This document shows, one piece after another, positions 26,459-36,425 of a DNA stretch of 64,000 bases. The notes beneath the pieces are model-generated. The model was not told where the DNA came from, did not search any database, and saw only the letters and a program-made list of their open reading frames with translations. Both the position numbers and the translations under genes were made by a program. The stretch comes from Candidatus Nanohaloarchaea archaeon (lineage in GTDB: Archaea; Nanohalarchaeota; Nanosalinia; Nanosalinales; Nanosalinaceae), in assembly GCA_041640035.1 (NCBI GenBank), contig JBEQBC010000001.1, positions 1 through 64,000 on the forward strand, given 5' to 3'. Every line of letters begins with the position of its first letter. Position 1 is the stretch's first letter.

Positions 26459-27883
26459 GTGAGAAAGGTACTTGACACATCAGGCAGAGTCCTCCAGGTA
26501 TTCGCATTCCTACTGATAGTACCCTACTTCCTAGGAATATACTTCAACGAACCAACACAGATAGTACAGATATACGCCGTCTCCGCACTGACAGCAGTCT
26601 TCCTCGGAAGAATGGGAATATACTTTGGAGAAGACGGCAACATGTCACTACAGCAGGCAACAGTCGCAACCGTACTGGCATGGAGCACAGTAAGCCTGAT
26701 AGGAGCCATGCCGTTCCTCAACTACCTCAGCTTCGAACAAGCATTCTTCGAATCCATAGCAGGAATAACAACAACCGGAATGTCCATGTTCACAGCTCCA
26801 CAGGATCTTCCTGCCTCAGTGCTTTTCTGGAGATCATTCATGCAGTGGATAGGAGGACTGGGCATACTCACATTCTTCGTAGCAGTAGTCAGAAACTCCG
26901 GAGCAGCAACCAGAAAACTTTTCTCATCAGAGGCCCACAAAAGCGATCCAGGAACAGTAAGACCCAGCCTGAAAAAAACAGTAATCGACTTATGGAAAAT
27001 ATACACAGCAATAACCGCATTATTCGTAATTATCTATACCGCTGCAGGGATGCAGTTCTTCGACTCACTACTACACAGCTTCTCAGTCATCTCAACTGGA
27101 GGATTCTCAACACAGGGCGGAAGCATCGGCGCATTTGACTCAACCCTGATCTCAGCTGTCACCGTACCGTTTATGCTAGTCGGAGGAACCAACTTTGTAC
27201 TTATATACTCTCTTCTGAAAGGAAAATACAATATCTTCAGCGATTCAGAGTTCAGAAGCTACATCAAACTATTTTCATTCTTCGCATTCGTACTGGCAGT
27301 AGACAAGTTCCTCGCTGACTCACTTACACTCGAAACATTACTAAATCCGTTATTTACAGCAGCAGCGCTCCTCACCTCAACCGGTTACTCAATTGAAGCC
27401 ATAACCAGTTACTCTTACTCCATACAGGTACTCATGCTGGGAGTCATGTTCGTCGGAGGCTCACTGGGCTCGACGGCAGGAGGACTGAAAGTCTTCCGAT
27501 TCAAGGTTCTCTGGGAGGTCGTTAACACCAGAATCAAGGCATACTCTCTTCCTGAAACCGCGATCAACGAGGTCAGAATAGATAACGAAATCATGGAAAC
27601 CACAGCCATTCGTACAGTAACCACATTGTTCTTCCTCTGGATACTGGTAACCTTCGTAGGAACAGCATTCCTGGCTGTTTTCGACGGCTTCACAGTTCTA
27701 GAAGGTACATCAGCAATTATCTCATCGATCAGCAACATGGGGCCGACACTTTTCTCAGGTGAAAGGCTGATAGAGGCATCACTTGGTTCCAAGATTGTGC
27801 TGATGGTAGCGATGATAGCTGGTAGACTGGAGATGCTTCCGCTTCTGGCAATATTTAATAGGCATCTAGCACCAAACCAGTAA
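26459..27883 (+). CDS. trkH: TrkH potassium uptake membrane subunit
   Basis: Four pore loops (TTTG, STGG, TSTG, SNMG) plus WRS.MQWIGGLG, GSTAGGLK and GRLE motifs. Confidence 0.95.
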   Translation: MRKVLDTSGRVLQVFAFLLIVPYFLGIYFNEPTQIVQIYAVSALTAVFLGRMGIYFGEDGNMSLQQATVATVLAWSTVSLIGAMPFLNYLSFEQAFFESIAGITTTGMSMFTAPQDLPASVLFWRSFMQWIGGLGILTFFVAVVRNSGAATRKLFSSEAHKSDPGTVRPSLKKTVIDLWKIYTAITALFVIIYTAAGMQFFDSLLHSFSVISTGGFSTQGGSIGAFDSTLISAVTVPFMLVGGTNFVLIYSLLKGKYNIFSDSEFRSYIKLFSFFAFVLAVDKFLADSLTLETLLNPLFTAAALLTSTGYSIEAITSYSYSIQVLMLGVMFVGGSLGSTAGGLKVFRFKVLWEVVNTRIKAYSLPETAINEVRIDNEIMETTAIRTVTTLFFLWILVTFVGTAFLAVFDGFTVLEGTSAIISSISNMGPTLFSGERLIEASLGSKIVLMVAMIAGRLEMLPLLAIFNRHLAPNQ

Positions 27884-27890
27884 TACCTCG

Positions 27891-28553
27891 ATGTATGTAA
27901 CTATAGCAGGAATCAACATTCTATCCAAGAGACTGGTACAGAAACTGGAAGGAAAACACGATGTAGTGGTTATAGAGGAAGACGAAGATAAATGCAAACG
28001 CCTCTACGCATCCACAGGAGCCAAAGTAATAAACAAAGCACCAACCAGTATATCAGCTCTGGAAGACGCAGGAATAACAGAATCAGATATACTTATTTCC
28101 ACACTAAAAGACGAGAACCAGAACATGGTTGTATGCAGCCTGGCCAAAAAATACGGAGTTCCCAAAGTAGTTACACGAATCGAAGACGACGAATACTTCG
28201 ACGCGTTCGAACTTATCGACGCACAGGCAATCGGACACACAGATCTTCTGCTAGCAGAGTTCCTATCAGCAGTAGAACACCCATTCCTAGTCAAACTAGC
28301 GAATGTCTCAGAGGACAGAGAAATACTGAAAGCGTCTATAGGACAGCAGTCAAATCTCATAGGAGAACAGGCAAGTCAGATAGTCCAGAGAAAACGGTTC
28401 CCTGAAGGATTCAAACTAAGCTCAGTAGTCAAGCCAGATCAAACACTTACCGGTCAATTAGATATCGAGGTCGAGGCAGGAGACGAACTCATATTCATAG
28501 GACCAGACGAAGAGAAAAACCAGTTGAACAAATTCTTCCAAAACAACAACTAG
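27891..28553 (+). CDS. trkA: TrkA/KtrA RCK regulatory subunit
   Basis: HDVVVIE, LEDAGI..SD, D..N.V.C.LAK.YG.P.VV.R and a C-terminal RCK_C; adjacent to trkH. Confidence 0.88.
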   Translation: MYVTIAGINILSKRLVQKLEGKHDVVVIEEDEDKCKRLYASTGAKVINKAPTSISALEDAGITESDILISTLKDENQNMVVCSLAKKYGVPKVVTRIEDDEYFDAFELIDAQAIGHTDLLLAEFLSAVEHPFLVKLANVSEDREILKASIGQQSNLIGEQASQIVQRKRFPEGFKLSSVVKPDQTLTGQLDIEVEAGDELIFIGPDEEKNQLNKFFQNNN

Positions 28554-28569
28554 AGGTACAGGATAAACG

Positions 28570-29982
28570 ATGGTAGCGATAGCATGGATAAGACGGTCGA
28601 TGCGTCAGTACGACAACACAGCGCTCGTAGAAGCATCAAAAGAACACGACAAAGTATACCCTTTCTATGTAGTAGATGATGAATACTTTGAACAGACACA
28701 GCTCGGCTATCCGAGAGTCAAGTTCTGGCATGACTCGCTGAAAGAGCTTAGAGATATTCTCAGAGACAGTAAGAAAGACCTTTTCGTGCGGAAAGGAAAG
28801 CCGGTTGAACAGCTGCAGAAGTTCGCAGACCAGGTCCAGGCAGACGCAATCTACCACAACCGGGACTACACACCTTACGGCCAGAGAAGGGATGAGGAAG
28901 TGAAGGAAGAACTCGATATACCTGTCAAAACATTCAAGGACCTGGTAATGTTCGAGAAAGACGAGATACTGACTAACAGCGGCGATCCATACAGCGTATA
29001 CACATACTACAGCAAGAAATGGTTCGATAGAAACAAGAGAAGACCTGAAGAACCAGTAGAATACCACATCACAGACATCAACCCTGGAGACATCCCATCT
29101 TTGGAGGAACTTGGATTCGAGAAACCTGAAGAGATGGAAGATATCTGGGAGGGCGGACGGGAAAACGGTTTACAGAGACTGGAAGACTTCAAAGACAAGA
29201 TCGGAGAGTACGACGACAGTAGAGATACACCTTCAGTAGACGGGACCTCAAAACTTTCACCTCATATCAAGTTCGGAACAGTATCTGTAAGAGAGCTCTT
29301 CTGGGAAGCAGAACGGATGAAAGCCCGGACCGACGACGAAGGCGTTAAGACTTGGCAGGAAGAACTGGCATGGAGAGACTTCTACTACCAGGTACTTTAC
29401 CACAACCCGCAGACCACAACTTCACCATTCCTTGAGAAGTACAGCTCTCTGGACTGGCGGACAAAGGATGAAGCCGGAGAGGACTGGGAACGGTTCATCA
29501 ACGGAAAAACAGGTTACCCGTTTGTCGACGCAGGTATGAGGCAGTTGAAGAAAACCGGCTGGATGCACAACAGGTTACGGATGGTAGTCACGAGCTTCGC
29601 ATGCAAAGACCTTTGGCTGGACTGGAGAGACCTACACGACTACTACAAAGAAATGTTTATCGACGCAGATCTCGCATCCATGATCGGCGGAATACAGTGG
29701 GCCTACAGCATCGGAACCGATGCACAACCATACTTCAGAGTATTCAACCCTGTAAGCCAGGGAGAAACACATGACCCGGACGGAGAATATGTAAGGAAAT
29801 GGGTTCCAGAACTGGAAGATGTACCCGACTCATACATCCACAACCCATGGAAAATGCCTGACTATGTACAAGAAGACAAAGATGTGAAAATCGGGGAAGA
29901 CTATCCGGAACCGATAGTTGATCACAGCGAAAGAAGAGAGAAAGCTATCTCAAGGTTCGAAGAAGCAGCCGACAACAGCTGA
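28570..29982 (+). CDS. phr: Deoxyribodipyrimidine photolyase/cryptochrome family protein (class I-like, atypical FAD pocket)
   Basis: TS.LSP..KFG..S.R, EL.WRDFY, TGYP.VDAGMRQL..TGWMHNRLRM and RVFNP..Q...DPDG.YV motifs. Confidence 0.93.
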   Translation: MVAIAWIRRSMRQYDNTALVEASKEHDKVYPFYVVDDEYFEQTQLGYPRVKFWHDSLKELRDILRDSKKDLFVRKGKPVEQLQKFADQVQADAIYHNRDYTPYGQRRDEEVKEELDIPVKTFKDLVMFEKDEILTNSGDPYSVYTYYSKKWFDRNKRRPEEPVEYHITDINPGDIPSLEELGFEKPEEMEDIWEGGRENGLQRLEDFKDKIGEYDDSRDTPSVDGTSKLSPHIKFGTVSVRELFWEAERMKARTDDEGVKTWQEELAWRDFYYQVLYHNPQTTTSPFLEKYSSLDWRTKDEAGEDWERFINGKTGYPFVDAGMRQLKKTGWMHNRLRMVVTSFACKDLWLDWRDLHDYYKEMFIDADLASMIGGIQWAYSIGTDAQPYFRVFNPVSQGETHDPDGEYVRKWVPELEDVPDSYIHNPWKMPDYVQEDKDVKIGEDYPEPIVDHSERREKAISRFEEAADNS

Positions 29983-30042
29983 AAAAACCTACCCCCTGTT
30001 TAAGGATTTTTATTTAAGCATTCAGCACCTTAAACACAAACA

Positions 30043-32445
30043 GTGACATCACACCGCACAGCCAGCAAACTTCTACTGACTGCCTTTCTAGCACTCATAA
30101 TCACAGGAACTGCAGCCGCACAATCAGTAGAAATAACAGCCCCTTCCGAAAACTCATACCAAAACTCAAGCTTCGAAATCGATGTAGAAGTATCAAATCT
30201 TGACTCATCGAACCAGTATAACCTTAATCTAAATTCCAACGCGAGTTCGATAGAAGACTCTCAGAATGATGTTTCAGAAGGAGAAATCCAGTTTAATGTA
30301 GATCCTAGCGATGACGATGGACAGTATTATATTGAGGCGGTTTTGAGAAGAGAAGATGATTCTGGTCAGACAGCCAGCAACGAAATACTTTTCAACTTAG
30401 ATACTCAGGATCCTACGATAGAAACTGACTCGGAAGAAACTGTTTCCAACGATGATGGCTCTGTAGAAGTTACCTGGAAAGCAGATGATACGAACGGAGA
30501 ACTCGGTAGGTTTGAGCTCTGGAAGTCGGGAGAAATGGTCGATTCGCAGGGTGCAGGAGGAACTTCATCTACCAAAACTCTAGTAGACGATAATGACAAC
30601 CGAAGCTGGGATACTGTTGACTATAATCTTATTGTATATGATCAGGCCGGAAATAAGGATAATCGGAGTTTGAATGATGTAGAGGTAGTCGATGGTATCG
30701 GCCCTGATCTCGTAGATAAAAATCCTGGAGAAGATGAATATGTTAGTTCAGACTCTCCAATCGTAGAGGCTACAGCAGAAGACTTACTTTCTGGTGTTAA
30801 GAACATTTCTCTGTCAGTTAATGGCCAAAATAATAGTATAACTGATATCCAGGATTCGGAATCTTCTTCTGTTGAGATAGCTCTGGAAGATTTGGATGAA
30901 GGAACTTATTCTCCTGAGGTTACTGCTTATGACCAGGAGGATAACAGGAATCGGGCTAGCTGGGAGTTTACTGTTGATACTCAGAGACCTGATCCGTCGG
31001 CTTCTTTGACTCCTGATCCTGGTGAGCAGGGTTACATAGCTACTGAGACTCCTATCGGTGTTGATGTTGATTCAGATGAGGTAAGTGCTACAGGTGTTGA
31101 TCGTGTTGTATGTTATGTTGATGATCCGAGCGATTATGGCTATGATTTCGGAGAGTCCTCAACTTACGAGGATGGTTCTTTCCGATGTGGAGACTTGAAT
31201 CCGTCGGATTACAGTGAAGGAGAGCACAGTATCTATGCTCAGTTCTACGACCGAGCAGGAAACATGGAGGAGCAGAACCTTGGAAGTTACACGTTTGATA
31301 CGGAAGCACCGGATATCAACAGTCTCGATATAAGTCCAGAATATACTAACACAGAACCTAATGTAACGGTTGATGGAAGTGATTCTGGAAGCGGTCTTCA
31401 AGATGTCGAATACATGTTCTCGGACAGCGTCAGTCCTGGTGAAGGCTCTGATGTATCTGCCGACTTTGAAGACGGCGAAGTCGAATTCAAGCCAAACCTG
31501 AGAAACAAGGAAGATGGAGAATACACATTATATGTAAGGGTCCAGGACGGCTCCGGAAAATGGTCTGATCTAGAATCACAAACCTTCACACTGGATCGAG
31601 GAGCACTACCAGACCCAGCACTTCAAACAGATACTTTGAACATCACTTCCGGTAGCTCAACCTCATTCGAGGTAAGTGTCGAGAACAACGGCAGAGTACC
31701 TTTAATGGATGCTAACCTACAGTTCGGAAGCGGAGTTACCGGTTCTCTCGAAGGAATCAATGTGGAAGGAGAGTCTTCCGAAACCTACAGCGTAGATGTT
31801 TCAACTGAGGAATCCTTCGGTCAGATGCAGGCAAGTCTGGAACTTGTCTCAGATACTGTTTCACGGAACATCACTGTCCCTGTTAATGTAAGAGCTTCCG
31901 AAGAACAGAAGCAGCAGGTTGATGACAGGATTCAGGAGTACAATGGTCAGCTTTCAGAGCTGAAATCTGATCTTTCCCGTCTTGAGGAGGAAGGAGCCTC
32001 AAAGGAACTTCTTGATCAGATGAGATCAGATATTGACCGTTTCGAATCAAACCTAGACGAGGTCAAGTCCGCAACACTAAATGGGAACTACTACACAATC
32101 GCCTCCCAGCTTGACAGTGTAAACAGTACCGAATCTGAAGCACTGAACACTACTTCGGAAGTAAAGGAGGACTTCAGATCGAATCAAAGACAGCAAATGC
32201 TTATGATAGTTGCTTTCGTATCGCTTGTAGCGCTTGGAGGTGCAGCAGTGCTTTACCACAGAAGTGAGTACTACATCGATCCAGAGGATATCCCTGTAAG
32301 TGCTGACAGTCTTTCGATGGATTCGTTTGATCGCGATGAAGTTATCGAGAAGGTTGAGGATAAACTGGACAGCGTTCTGGATGGAAACGGTGAAGGAGAT
32401 GAGGGAAACGATTCTGATGATTCAGATGGTCTTTCCTGGAACTAA
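30043..32445 (+). CDS. Large secreted Ig-like repeat surface protein with coiled coil and C-terminal membrane anchor
   Basis: Signal peptide, repeated D..GN / G.Y...V...D Ig-like strands, CARDB-like segment, several N-x-S/T sequons, heptad region and a TM near the C-terminus. Confidence 0.8.
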   Translation: MTSHRTASKLLLTAFLALIITGTAAAQSVEITAPSENSYQNSSFEIDVEVSNLDSSNQYNLNLNSNASSIEDSQNDVSEGEIQFNVDPSDDDGQYYIEAVLRREDDSGQTASNEILFNLDTQDPTIETDSEETVSNDDGSVEVTWKADDTNGELGRFELWKSGEMVDSQGAGGTSSTKTLVDDNDNRSWDTVDYNLIVYDQAGNKDNRSLNDVEVVDGIGPDLVDKNPGEDEYVSSDSPIVEATAEDLLSGVKNISLSVNGQNNSITDIQDSESSSVEIALEDLDEGTYSPEVTAYDQEDNRNRASWEFTVDTQRPDPSASLTPDPGEQGYIATETPIGVDVDSDEVSATGVDRVVCYVDDPSDYGYDFGESSTYEDGSFRCGDLNPSDYSEGEHSIYAQFYDRAGNMEEQNLGSYTFDTEAPDINSLDISPEYTNTEPNVTVDGSDSGSGLQDVEYMFSDSVSPGEGSDVSADFEDGEVEFKPNLRNKEDGEYTLYVRVQDGSGKWSDLESQTFTLDRGALPDPALQTDTLNITSGSSTSFEVSVENNGRVPLMDANLQFGSGVTGSLEGINVEGESSETYSVDVSTEESFGQMQASLELVSDTVSRNITVPVNVRASEEQKQQVDDRIQEYNGQLSELKSDLSRLEEEGASKELLDQMRSDIDRFESNLDEVKSATLNGNYYTIASQLDSVNSTESEALNTTSEVKEDFRSNQRQQMLMIVAFVSLVALGGAAVLYHRSEYYIDPEDIPVSADSLSMDSFDRDEVIEKVEDKLDSVLDGNGEGDEGNDSDDSDGLSWN

Positions 32446-32786
32446 AGCAGTTTCTCCGCGTCTTCAAAGCTTTCTTTGATCAATCCCTTATCTCTTATAG
32501 TTGAGATCAACTGGTACATCTCGGTGCTGTAGTTTTCATCGTTCACAGCCTTGTCGACTACATCTTCGATAAGTACCTGTGTCTGAGGGTCTTCCTCAAG
32601 TTTCTCTACGATGGTTTGGTCGGCTCTGTTGTTTGTGAGGTACTGTGATACTGCGGGCTGTGTTACATCCAATTTGTCAGCTATCTCTCTCTGTTTGTAT
32701 CCGTAGTCTTCGGATAGCTTGGATGCGGCTATGCTTCTTATGGCTGGTAGAAGTTCTTCCACTATTACTTCGATTTCGTATTTCAT
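32442..32786 (-). CDS. HTH transcriptional regulator (COG2522-like)
   Basis: E.IV..LLPAIR...A..L....G.KQ.EIA..L.VTQPAVSQYL...RA motif. Confidence 0.85.
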   Translation of the reverse strand: MKYEIEVIVEELLPAIRSIAASKLSEDYGYKQREIADKLDVTQPAVSQYLTNNRADQTIVEKLEEDPQTQVLIEDVVDKAVNDENYSTEMYQLISTIRDKGLIKESFEDAEKLL

Positions 32787-32880
32787 AACAGTGTTATATC
32801 TGGGTAGAATCTTATATATTCCAGATGTAAGAAGAATTGGTAGACTGGGAAATTAAAATAGAAGAATGAGGTGGATGGTA

Positions 32881-33222
32881 TCAGTAGTCTGCCTGCTGTA
32901 CATCGCGGCTGAGCTTCTCGATATCTGCGGATAGTGCTTCCAGCTTTCTGCTTACTCTTTCCTTTTCCTTGATGATGTTCTCTACTTTCTCGTACTTTCT
33001 TGCAGATCGATCCAGGTCATGTTTCTCTACATATGCTGCATCGGTGTCCATCATCTTGTCGATTATTTCCTCTGCGATTTCGCCGAGAAGCAGGTTCAGT
33101 CCGTAGTATACATTGCTTCGTACATACTGGCCTTCATCGGCTTTTTCTCTAACCATTCTTTTGATCCGTGCGTGTGTGAAAGGAAGCTCGGATACTTCTA
33201 CATCTTCGGGTACATCAACCAT
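32881..33222 (-). CDS. Non-canonical histone-fold protein with C-terminal coiled coil
   Basis: LPF..ARIKRMVR helix 1, long helix 2, YVE..DL helix 3, then heptad KEKERVSRKLEALSADIEKL. Confidence 0.7.
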   Translation of the reverse strand: MVDVPEDVEVSELPFTHARIKRMVREKADEGQYVRSNVYYGLNLLLGEIAEEIIDKMMDTDAAYVEKHDLDRSARKYEKVENIIKEKERVSRKLEALSADIEKLSRDVQQADY

Positions 33223-33354
33223 TGTTATCAGTAAAAAATTGGTTGCTAGAACCTTTTAAGCCTTTCCAGCCCTCTAAATCAGGTTCTCTTACAGCCATTA
33301 GTTATAAACCAATCAAAACCTGTATACATCAGTAATGAGAGGTGTTTCCAACCT

Positions 33355-33624
33355 TTGAATGATTTACTGGACGCTGCCAACGACGAGGACAAACAGAGCC
33401 AGAACTCCGATGATACACTAGCTGAAGGCGGAGAGGCCTCCGAGGAGCGTTTCCGTGAAGTGAAGAAGAAGTCTGCCGGTTCCGATCAAACTGCTGCCGA
33501 GAAGAGATTTGAAGAGCTGAAAGAAGAAGCCAAACAGGAGTTCGTGGAAAGACAGAGACGAAGAGAACAGGAAGATGAAGAAGAGGCAGAGGAAGAAGAC
33601 GAACCAGAATTTATAACATACTAG
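33355..33624 (+). CDS. Small acidic, charged hypothetical protein
   Basis: TTG start preceded by a GAGGTG SD; E/K-rich. Confidence 0.6.
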   Translation: MNDLLDAANDEDKQSQNSDDTLAEGGEASEERFREVKKKSAGSDQTAAEKRFEELKEEAKQEFVERQRRREQEDEEEAEEEDEPEFITY

Positions 33625-33643
33625 TCCATAACATCATCCTGTA

Positions 33644-34819
33644 ATGGATCTGGACCGAGTACCTTCCATAGCCAAGTACCTCTCACTCGTATTTCTGGTA
33701 TCATGGATAGGAAGAAGCACGGTCTGGAACTTTCTACCGATATTTCTCGAAAGACATATCACAAGCCTATTCCTGCTAGGAATCGTAACCGCACTTCCCG
33801 CAATTGTACCTGTACTTATCGATATACCTGTCGGCAACCTATCACAGCGAGCAGGAGAAAAAATAGTCATGTTTATGGGACTTATAGCAGGAACAATGCC
33901 CGCCCTATTTTACATGACCGCAGTAGCGCCTTTACTGGTACTAGGTAAAGCAGTAGAAGGAGTCGGCAAATCAATGATATGGAACGGCGGATGGAGTCTA
34001 TCACTCAAATCAGCAGACGAAGATGTCGAATCAGAGGCCGTATCAGTATTCCTTCTAGGAGTAAACCTCGCACTGATAATCGGTCCGATGATAGGAGGCT
34101 ACCTGATAGCAGCAAACGGTTTCTACCTACCATTCAAGATCTGGATATTCACCTCACTACTAGGACTAGCACTATTCTACTCATACATAGGACTAGGACT
34201 GGACAAAGGACTCAAACACTCATTCGCCGAGATAACACACAAAAGAACATACCTAGACGACTATCATCACCTCGTCAACAACTGGCAGAACCTGAAATTC
34301 GCCTACGCACTCGTATTCCTGTACTCTATAATCTTCTCATTCTACTGGCTGGCTATACCGCTTCTTTTGGACGAGATTGGAGCGGGCTTCCAGTTGATGG
34401 GGCTGATTTTTGGAGCAGCAGCCGTACCTAAAGCGTTTCAGTTCATATTCGGTGATATAGCAGATAAAATAGGAAGAATGAAAACCCTGGCAATACTATC
34501 ACTTCTTCTAACTCCGGTACTGGTCGCGATGAACTTCATCTCAAACATAATGCTGGTCGGAGTATTCGTCTTCGTCGCCAGAACATTATCCTCGGGGATG
34601 TCGCCCGCAGTACATGCCGTATTCGATGAGAATGTACCGGAAGAGATAGAGAGCGAGATGACAGGGTTCCTCGAACTGTTCAAGCACGGTGGAACCGCAC
34701 TGGGGCCTGTAGTAGCAGGTGCCGTAGCCTCGGTAGGAGGAATCAATGCATCCTTCCTGGCGGCCGGAGGAGTATCAATACTAATCTTGGTATTCAGTCT
34801 GATAGGTCTACGAGACTAG
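33644..34819 (+). CDS. MFS transporter
   Basis: About 12 TM; G.LSQRAG.K and GDIADKIGR motif-A loops. Confidence 0.9.
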   Translation: MDLDRVPSIAKYLSLVFLVSWIGRSTVWNFLPIFLERHITSLFLLGIVTALPAIVPVLIDIPVGNLSQRAGEKIVMFMGLIAGTMPALFYMTAVAPLLVLGKAVEGVGKSMIWNGGWSLSLKSADEDVESEAVSVFLLGVNLALIIGPMIGGYLIAANGFYLPFKIWIFTSLLGLALFYSYIGLGLDKGLKHSFAEITHKRTYLDDYHHLVNNWQNLKFAYALVFLYSIIFSFYWLAIPLLLDEIGAGFQLMGLIFGAAAVPKAFQFIFGDIADKIGRMKTLAILSLLLTPVLVAMNFISNIMLVGVFVFVARTLSSGMSPAVHAVFDENVPEEIESEMTGFLELFKHGGTALGPVVAGAVASVGGINASFLAAGGVSILILVFSLIGLRD

Positions 34820-35556
34820 AACTTCCCGATCTCCGGGAACTCAAATAATCCGGCTTCTCTGTCCACCCCGACAGCTTTCAAACTTGATTTCCGCGTATTG
34901 TTCTTGATTACAGGTGAAAGCAACTGGTTGGAAGGTGTCTCATTGATATTGGTTCCATTTGAGATTTGTGAAAAAGCCGGCATCACCACAATATCTTTAC
35001 CTTCACTGGTTTCGCCGTACAGGAAGCAGTCAATCTTCTCTGCGACACCTATTTCGTCCTGAAGCTTCAATGCGGGATGTTCATGTCCGATAACTACTGT
35101 ATCATAGTCTTTTTTGATATCTAGTTCCTCGAGCGTTTTATCGCCGTGGGTGTAAAGTACTCCGTTCTCTATGAAGGATTTCAGAAATCTTAGACCGTAT
35201 TTTTCCAGTGTGGAGCTCAGGAATGTGTCGTGGTTTCCCTGGATTAGTATAACTTCGTCGAACAGGTCTGTAGCTTTTTCCAGGAATTCTTTGATCTCCT
35301 CTCTTTCGCTGTAACGGCTGGTTGAGAACTCGTTTTTGATATCTCCGTTTACGACTAGTTTCTCAGCGTTTGTCTCATCTTTCAGTTTCTCCAGTTCGTC
35401 GAGTGTGTCTTCCAGTTGGGTTGGTGGTACATAGCTTCCTTTCTGTGTCATGCTGCCCTCCAGTCCTAGATGGAGATCTGATATGACGACTGTCTCTGAT
35501 TCACTGTCGTATAGTGCTGGTAGTTTGTCTACGGTCTGGAATTTTTTGATCTGCAT
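34816..35556 (-). CDS. Calcineurin-like metallophosphoesterase (COG1407-type)
   Basis: SDLHLG, NGDIK, GNHD, HGD, GHEHP and MPAF motifs. Confidence 0.9.
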   Translation of the reverse strand: MQIKKFQTVDKLPALYDSESETVVISDLHLGLEGSMTQKGSYVPPTQLEDTLDELEKLKDETNAEKLVVNGDIKNEFSTSRYSEREEIKEFLEKATDLFDEVILIQGNHDTFLSSTLEKYGLRFLKSFIENGVLYTHGDKTLEELDIKKDYDTVVIGHEHPALKLQDEIGVAEKIDCFLYGETSEGKDIVVMPAFSQISNGTNINETPSNQLLSPVIKNNTRKSSLKAVGVDREAGLFEFPEIGKF

Positions 35557-35567
35557 AACAGGTATTT

Positions 35568-36425
35568 CTACTGGTTAAGTTCTCTCCATACTTTTAGAAA
35601 ATTATCTAGAGGATCTCTGCCGGTGTTCACCTTGATATACTTGGACTGGTTCTTGGCAGCCTCTTCCTCAATCATATCTAGGTGGTCATCCAGCTTCTCC
35701 CTATACTTCTCCTTCGTACGCGGAGTCAAATATGTTCTCAGTTTGAAACTTTTCTCAGGATGCTTGAACAGGGTATCTCCTTCTTCCTTAGGACTCAGTT
35801 CATCTGGAGAAAGCGTATTCACTAGTATTATGTTGTGGTCGTCCATGGACCGGAGTGCCTCTGTTATCTTCTCCCGGTTCACCAGTAAATCAGATATCAC
35901 CACGAGGTAGGATTCATGTTCGATCCTGTTGCTGTACTCGTACATACATGTATCTAATCTGCTTTCAGGAGTCTTCTCCAGGTTGTTCAAGGTATCTAAA
36001 AGGTTGTTCAGTTTCAGGCTTCTCCTGCCGTGACTGATCTCGGTCAAGGTTTCTGAGAAAACGGAGAAACGGTATCTGTCGTTGGTGTTCGAGGTCATGT
36101 ATGCCAAGGCGAGGCCGATCTTTGATGCGTGATCGTACTTGTTTTCCTCTCCGTAATCCATGGAGCTGCTTCTGTCAACGAGGATGTGTACTGTTATGCT
36201 TTTTTCTTCCTCGAATCTTTTGATGTAGAGGTCTTTGGTCCGTGCGTAGGCTTTCCAGTCTATCTTCCTGATATCGTCGCCGGGCGTGTAGCTTTTGTGG
36301 TCGGCGAACACTGTTCCGCTTCCTTTTCCCTCTCCTTTCTGCTGGCCTTCCATCACTTCTGCCGAGTTCTTCTTCAGTGCCAGGTTCAGGTTCTCTACTT
36401 TTTGAAGGAAGCTGTGTTCTATCAT
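35568..36425 (-). CDS. DUF58 vWA-like protein
   Basis: G.G..FADH..Y.PGDDIR.IDWKAYART, LVDRSSSM and VISD motifs. Confidence 0.92.
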   Translation of the reverse strand: MIEHSFLQKVENLNLALKKNSAEVMEGQQKGEGKGSGTVFADHKSYTPGDDIRKIDWKAYARTKDLYIKRFEEEKSITVHILVDRSSSMDYGEENKYDHASKIGLALAYMTSNTNDRYRFSVFSETLTEISHGRRSLKLNNLLDTLNNLEKTPESRLDTCMYEYSNRIEHESYLVVISDLLVNREKITEALRSMDDHNIILVNTLSPDELSPKEEGDTLFKHPEKSFKLRTYLTPRTKEKYREKLDDHLDMIEEEAAKNQSKYIKVNTGRDPLDNFLKVWRELNQ

